This document shows, piece by piece, positions 60,090 through 64,000 of a stretch of 64,000 nt of DNA. The notes under the pieces are model-generated. The model was not told the origin of the DNA, did not search any database, and saw only the letters and a program-made list of their open reading frames with translations. How positions within the stretch are numbered: the stretch's first letter is position 1; every line of letters begins with the position of its first letter. The translations under genes were made by a program, and so were the position numbers. This DNA comes from Eledone cirrhosa. Its lineage: Eukaryota. Location of the stretch: NCBI GenBank assembly GCA_964016885.1, contig OZ024759.1, positions 29,388,001 through 29,452,000 on the forward strand, read 5' to 3'.

Positions 60090-60330
60090 TTCTTAGTTCT
60101 TAGGTTCTTCCGTGCCTTTCTGCACATTGAGTAGTTTGTGGCCACCAACAATCATGACCAGCGGTGGCTTTTTCGCGTCTGTGCCAAGTGATGTTGGCTG
60201 TCAGCATGTCTTTACAGAACGTTCATTGGCAGGTGACCCTGGGGTAATCCCGCCTCTGTTTGTCGCCAGGTGGAGTCCAGTTCATTGCTGTTTTTGAGTG
60301 TCATTCGTTGGGCAGGCGCAGAAATGGGTA
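60090..60330 (-). mobile_element. RTE 3' remnant
   Basis: TFCKDML..NITW...A...WW....QCAERHGRT*, followed by a short (taagaac) repeat tail. Confidence 0.55.
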
Positions 60331-60493
60331 GCCACGTGGCACTGGCGCTCCATAACCACGGCTTGGCTCTCCGCAAGATTTCCTCGTTTCACAATATATA
60401 TATATTTATATAGATATTCGGTCTAACCTATGCTAGCATGGAAAATGGACATAAAACAATGATGATGTGTGTGTTTGTGTATATATGATATAC

Positions 60494-60586
60494 CTCTAGT
60501 AGAGCATGGTGGGCCTTTTTCAAAAAGTCTTCATCGTTTTCATAATCTTCGGGGACGGTGTCAGGGATACAATCGGAATGACCAAC
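60494..60586 (-). CDS. TRMT112: TRMT112 exon 3
   Basis: taacag acceptor and gtatat donor; VGHSDCIPDTVPEDYENDEDFLKKAHHALLE; 93 nt, phase 0. Confidence 0.93.
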
Positions 60587-61142
60587 CTGTTAACAGAAAT
60601 GAGGTTAATAATAAAAATTAATTAATAATAGTTTCTAATTAAGCACAAGGCTAACAATTTTTGGGAAAAAGAAAGTTGATTAAATCAACCTCAGTACATT
60701 ACTGGTACCTTATCTAATTTTGACCAGCAATAAAAGGGGGTGGGGTGTAGAAGAGGAAGTCGATTAAATTGACCCCTAGTTCATTACTGCAACTGTATTT
60801 TATAATAATAGTATTTACTTTTAGCACAAGACCAGCAATTACCCCAGTGCATCACTGGTGCTTTATTTTATCGACCCCCGTAAGGATGAAAGGCAAAGTT
60901 AACCTTAGCAGGATTTGAACTCAGACCATAAAGGGCCGTAACTACACACTGTAACTCGACTCTCTACCCATACTACCAATCCACTGCCCACTGTATTCTA
61001 TAATAATAATGATTTCTTTATTAACCACAAGGGTTTACATAAAGTAGACATTAAGGACAGTGCAGGACAATACAGTACGGTACAAATGGGCATTTCTGCG
61101 TTCTATAATAATAATAATAATGATAATAATAATAATACAAAC

Positions 61143-61244
61143 ATCAGTAACGGCTGAACAGAGACCAGGCCAATCAACTTTGGTGATCATTCGAGATGTG
61201 AATTCTTTATTGAAAGTTCTTTCGATAAGTTCTACTTTGTTGGC
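61143..61244 (-). CDS. TRMT112: TRMT112 exon 2
   Basis: ttccag acceptor and gtttgt donor; ANKVELIERTFNKEFTSRMITKVDWPGLCSAVTD; 102 nt, phase 0. Confidence 0.93.
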
Positions 61245-62764
61245 CTGGAAAACAGAGAATGGAATGGAGGATGATTTATTGAATATGTTTTTGATAAAGT
61301 GTTAGAACATTGCAGTTTCTTTTTTCTACACAGACACACAACATGTAGCTTTTTTGTCTACACAGACACACATGTAGCTTTTTTGTCTACACACACACAC
61401 ACGCGCGTGAACATGTAACACTGCCAACACACACACATGTGTGTGTTTATATCACGTAGCTTACCTATGCATAAAAAGAAAATGAGATAAAATAAGCCTC
61501 TAAAGTCTGTCTCGAGCCCGGTGCGTTAAGTGACTGAGAGTACATGACACCCCACTGAATAGGAGACCAGTTCATCGCAGAGTTAAACCCCCAGTTATTG
61601 CTGGTATTCATTTTCAGTTGAGTATACTGGAGCAACATGAAATGAAGTTTTGCTCAAGAACACAACACATGTATATCATCTCTACTGCCCCTCAAGGACC
61701 TTCTCAATGTCCACTTTCAGAACCCCTGGCTCAGACCTTCTAACGATTAGGGTGTGATTTAGCTGCTAGCAAGTTGAGGCATCGCATAGAAGGCTGCTCT
61801 ATTCAGACTGTGATCACGTGATGAACGCTACCACCGGTCAATGGCGTGCCAAGAGTTTGAACGGAATCGTTTGTGTGCCTACCTTTAACGTAGTTTTCAG
61901 GGAGATTCAGCATGACACAGTGTGAGGGACAAGACAGGGACCTTTCAATTACAGGTACTGTCCATTTTGCATTATCGTTTAAGTTAACTGTGCTTTCTTT
62001 AGACACGTACGTGTACCGTTAATAAAGTTCTCAGGAACATTCAGCATGACACAGTATGCGAGAAAAAGCTAGGACCTTTCAATTTCAGGTACAATTCATC
62101 TTTTAGATGAGGTAGCTGAGCATTCCACAGACACGAGTACCTACCTTTAATGTAACTCTCAGTGTTTTAAATTACACTCACAACTCTGTATGTCAGCTGA
62201 GCTGACTGGAGCAACGTGAAATACGGTGACTTTCTCAGACACAACACACCGCTCCGCCTGGGAATTCAAACTTACAGCTTATAACAATAACAGCAAAGGG
62301 ACCCCGCCGAGGATAACTTTGCCTTTCATCCTTACGGGGTCGATAAAATAAAGTACCAGTAATGCACTGTGATAATTGCTGGCCTTGTGCCAAAAGTAGA
62401 AACAAATATTTAAACCAAAATGAAACACTGTATTACGAAGCTTGCACTATGGTTGTTCCAAATCCTCAGTTTTTCTCATGCAAGTGAAACCAAAACGCAT
62501 TCATATATCTTAAGTATGATCATTTGGTACCCGGTAAGGGTAATTAGACTCATACCAAGGTAGAGATGATCCTCTTTTGAGTATCGAGCATCACTTGGTA
62601 TCAACATGCCAGGAATAGCAGCCAAATATCACCCCTCTCCCTTGTTTCGAATACAACACCACCACTGTAAACACGTGCTTCAGAAACAACGAACATAATC
62701 ATCAAAGCCGTCTTCTCGACGTGCAAGAAAGAGCAGCCAAATTCCACCCCTTCTTTTTCGCTCA

Positions 62765-62940
62765 CTTATTCCTGAGAGCGTCGTGAGGGTAGAGTCCTTA
62801 CACACTCCTTCCAGCGGGTCCTGTCAGAAGCAACCGTTTCCAACTGATCCGGCTGGCTCCCCAAGTGAGACCAGCCAAGCTCGTGGATATTATTCAACTA
62901 TCTTGCTTGGGATCTACTCCTGCCGATTGGTTTTGCTCGT
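62765..62940 (-). mobile_element. Rex3/Expander-like RTE 3' remnant
   Basis: GRSRSQAR*LNNIHELGWSHLG..PDQL..VASDRTRW....RTLPSRRSQE*. Confidence 0.6.
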
Positions 62941-63494
62941 AAAATTTATTATTTTACGGGCAAATTCTACCCCACTGTCTTAAATATAATAATTGTTTCT
63001 ACTTTTGGCACAAGGCCAGCAATAACCCAGTGTATTACTGGTACTTTATTTTATCGACCCTGTAAGGATGAAAGACAAAGTTAACCTCGGCGGGATTTGA
63101 ACTCAGAATGGCAAGGGCCGTATTTCTGATCTCGGCACAAGGCCAACAGTTTTAGGGGAGGAAGCAAGTCGATTAAATACGAAAGGCAAAGCTAACCAGG
63201 GCAGGATTTGAACTCAGAACGTAAAGGACCATATATTAATAGTTTCTGATTTAAGCACAAGGTCAGCAATTTGGAGAAAGGAGGAAAGTCTAGACCCTAG
63301 TATAGGACTGGTATTATATGTATCTGAAAGATAAAACTGCATGGATAGCCACGGATGGAACACGTGATCATGGTTGTTGTCTTAGTGTTAAACAACAACA
63401 AACATGGATCATATTTGATCATCGCTATTGTTAAACAACAATAGCATCAAGAAAGTGAAAATCAGTAGAGCAACAAAGGACCTAAAAAACTTAC

Positions 63495-63572
63495 TGTAAT
63501 ACGCAGAGGGAAGCCTTTCTGTACTCCCTTAATAATTTGTGAGGTTAACATGTTATGTGTTAAGAACTTCAT
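63495..63572 (-). CDS. TRMT112: TRMT112 exon 1 (start)
   Basis: aaaATG MKFLTHNMLTSQIIKGVQKGFPLRIT, gtaagt donor; the four exons total 124 aa. Confidence 0.95.
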
Positions 63573-64000
63573 TTTGACGAAACAAAAATGTGCTTCCGAA
63601 GTTTTCAAGTAGAGTTAGCAAAGTATTTAAAAAAATATTTTCGTATTTTATTTTTCTTCTTAGTTTAGTATCAGAATTTATATATGTCTTTCACAGACAT
63701 ACACATATATGCAAACACACATATACGTTAATTTCACAGGATTGGCAGTATAAGTAGAGCGTCAGACACTATACTTCGAGAGTTTTGTCCCGATTTAAAT
63801 ACCGCCGAGGTTAGTTTTACTTTTCATCCTTACGGGGTCGATAAAATAAATTGCCAGTAATACACTGGAAGGGAAAACTTCATATGTAGTAGATGTTCTG
63901 TGAAAATTGATAGTAGAAGTGTCAGTGATAGGCACATTTTTCAAATGCAGGTAGGATCTATAGAGCTGGTTGATAGCTTCCGATATCTATGTAATCAGAT

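Overview
AT-rich, repeat-dense animal DNA. The SINE/LINE repertoire and the huge (TA)n arrays suggest a coleoid cephalopod, most likely an octopus; this is an inference. Two spliced host genes lie convergently. One is a DOK/IRS-like docking adaptor (PH + IRS-type PTB + Tyr-rich tail, + strand; two coding exons found at 34871-35258 and 37075-38039, first coding exon not located). The other is a complete 4-exon TRMT112 (- strand, 63572-59545, 124 aa). The rest is mobile DNA and satellites: RTE, Rex3-like, Tx1-like, CRE-like and CR1-like LINE remnants, two tRNA-derived SINE types, piggyBac- and Tc1/mariner-type MITEs, two Helitron pieces, and 67-, 89- and 20-bp minisatellites. The most striking signal is a dense set of short (about 80-450 bp) elements embedded in (TA)n microsatellites. 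Many carry type I hammerhead ribozyme folds with palindromic stem III and covarying stem II, many fold back as long inverted repeats, and many share a GAGTGC/GAGTAC tail motif. One family is the 3' end of a Penelope-like (Naiad-type) RT/GIY-YIG element at 26871-29005. Nearly all long ORFs in the supplied track are microsatellite artefacts.
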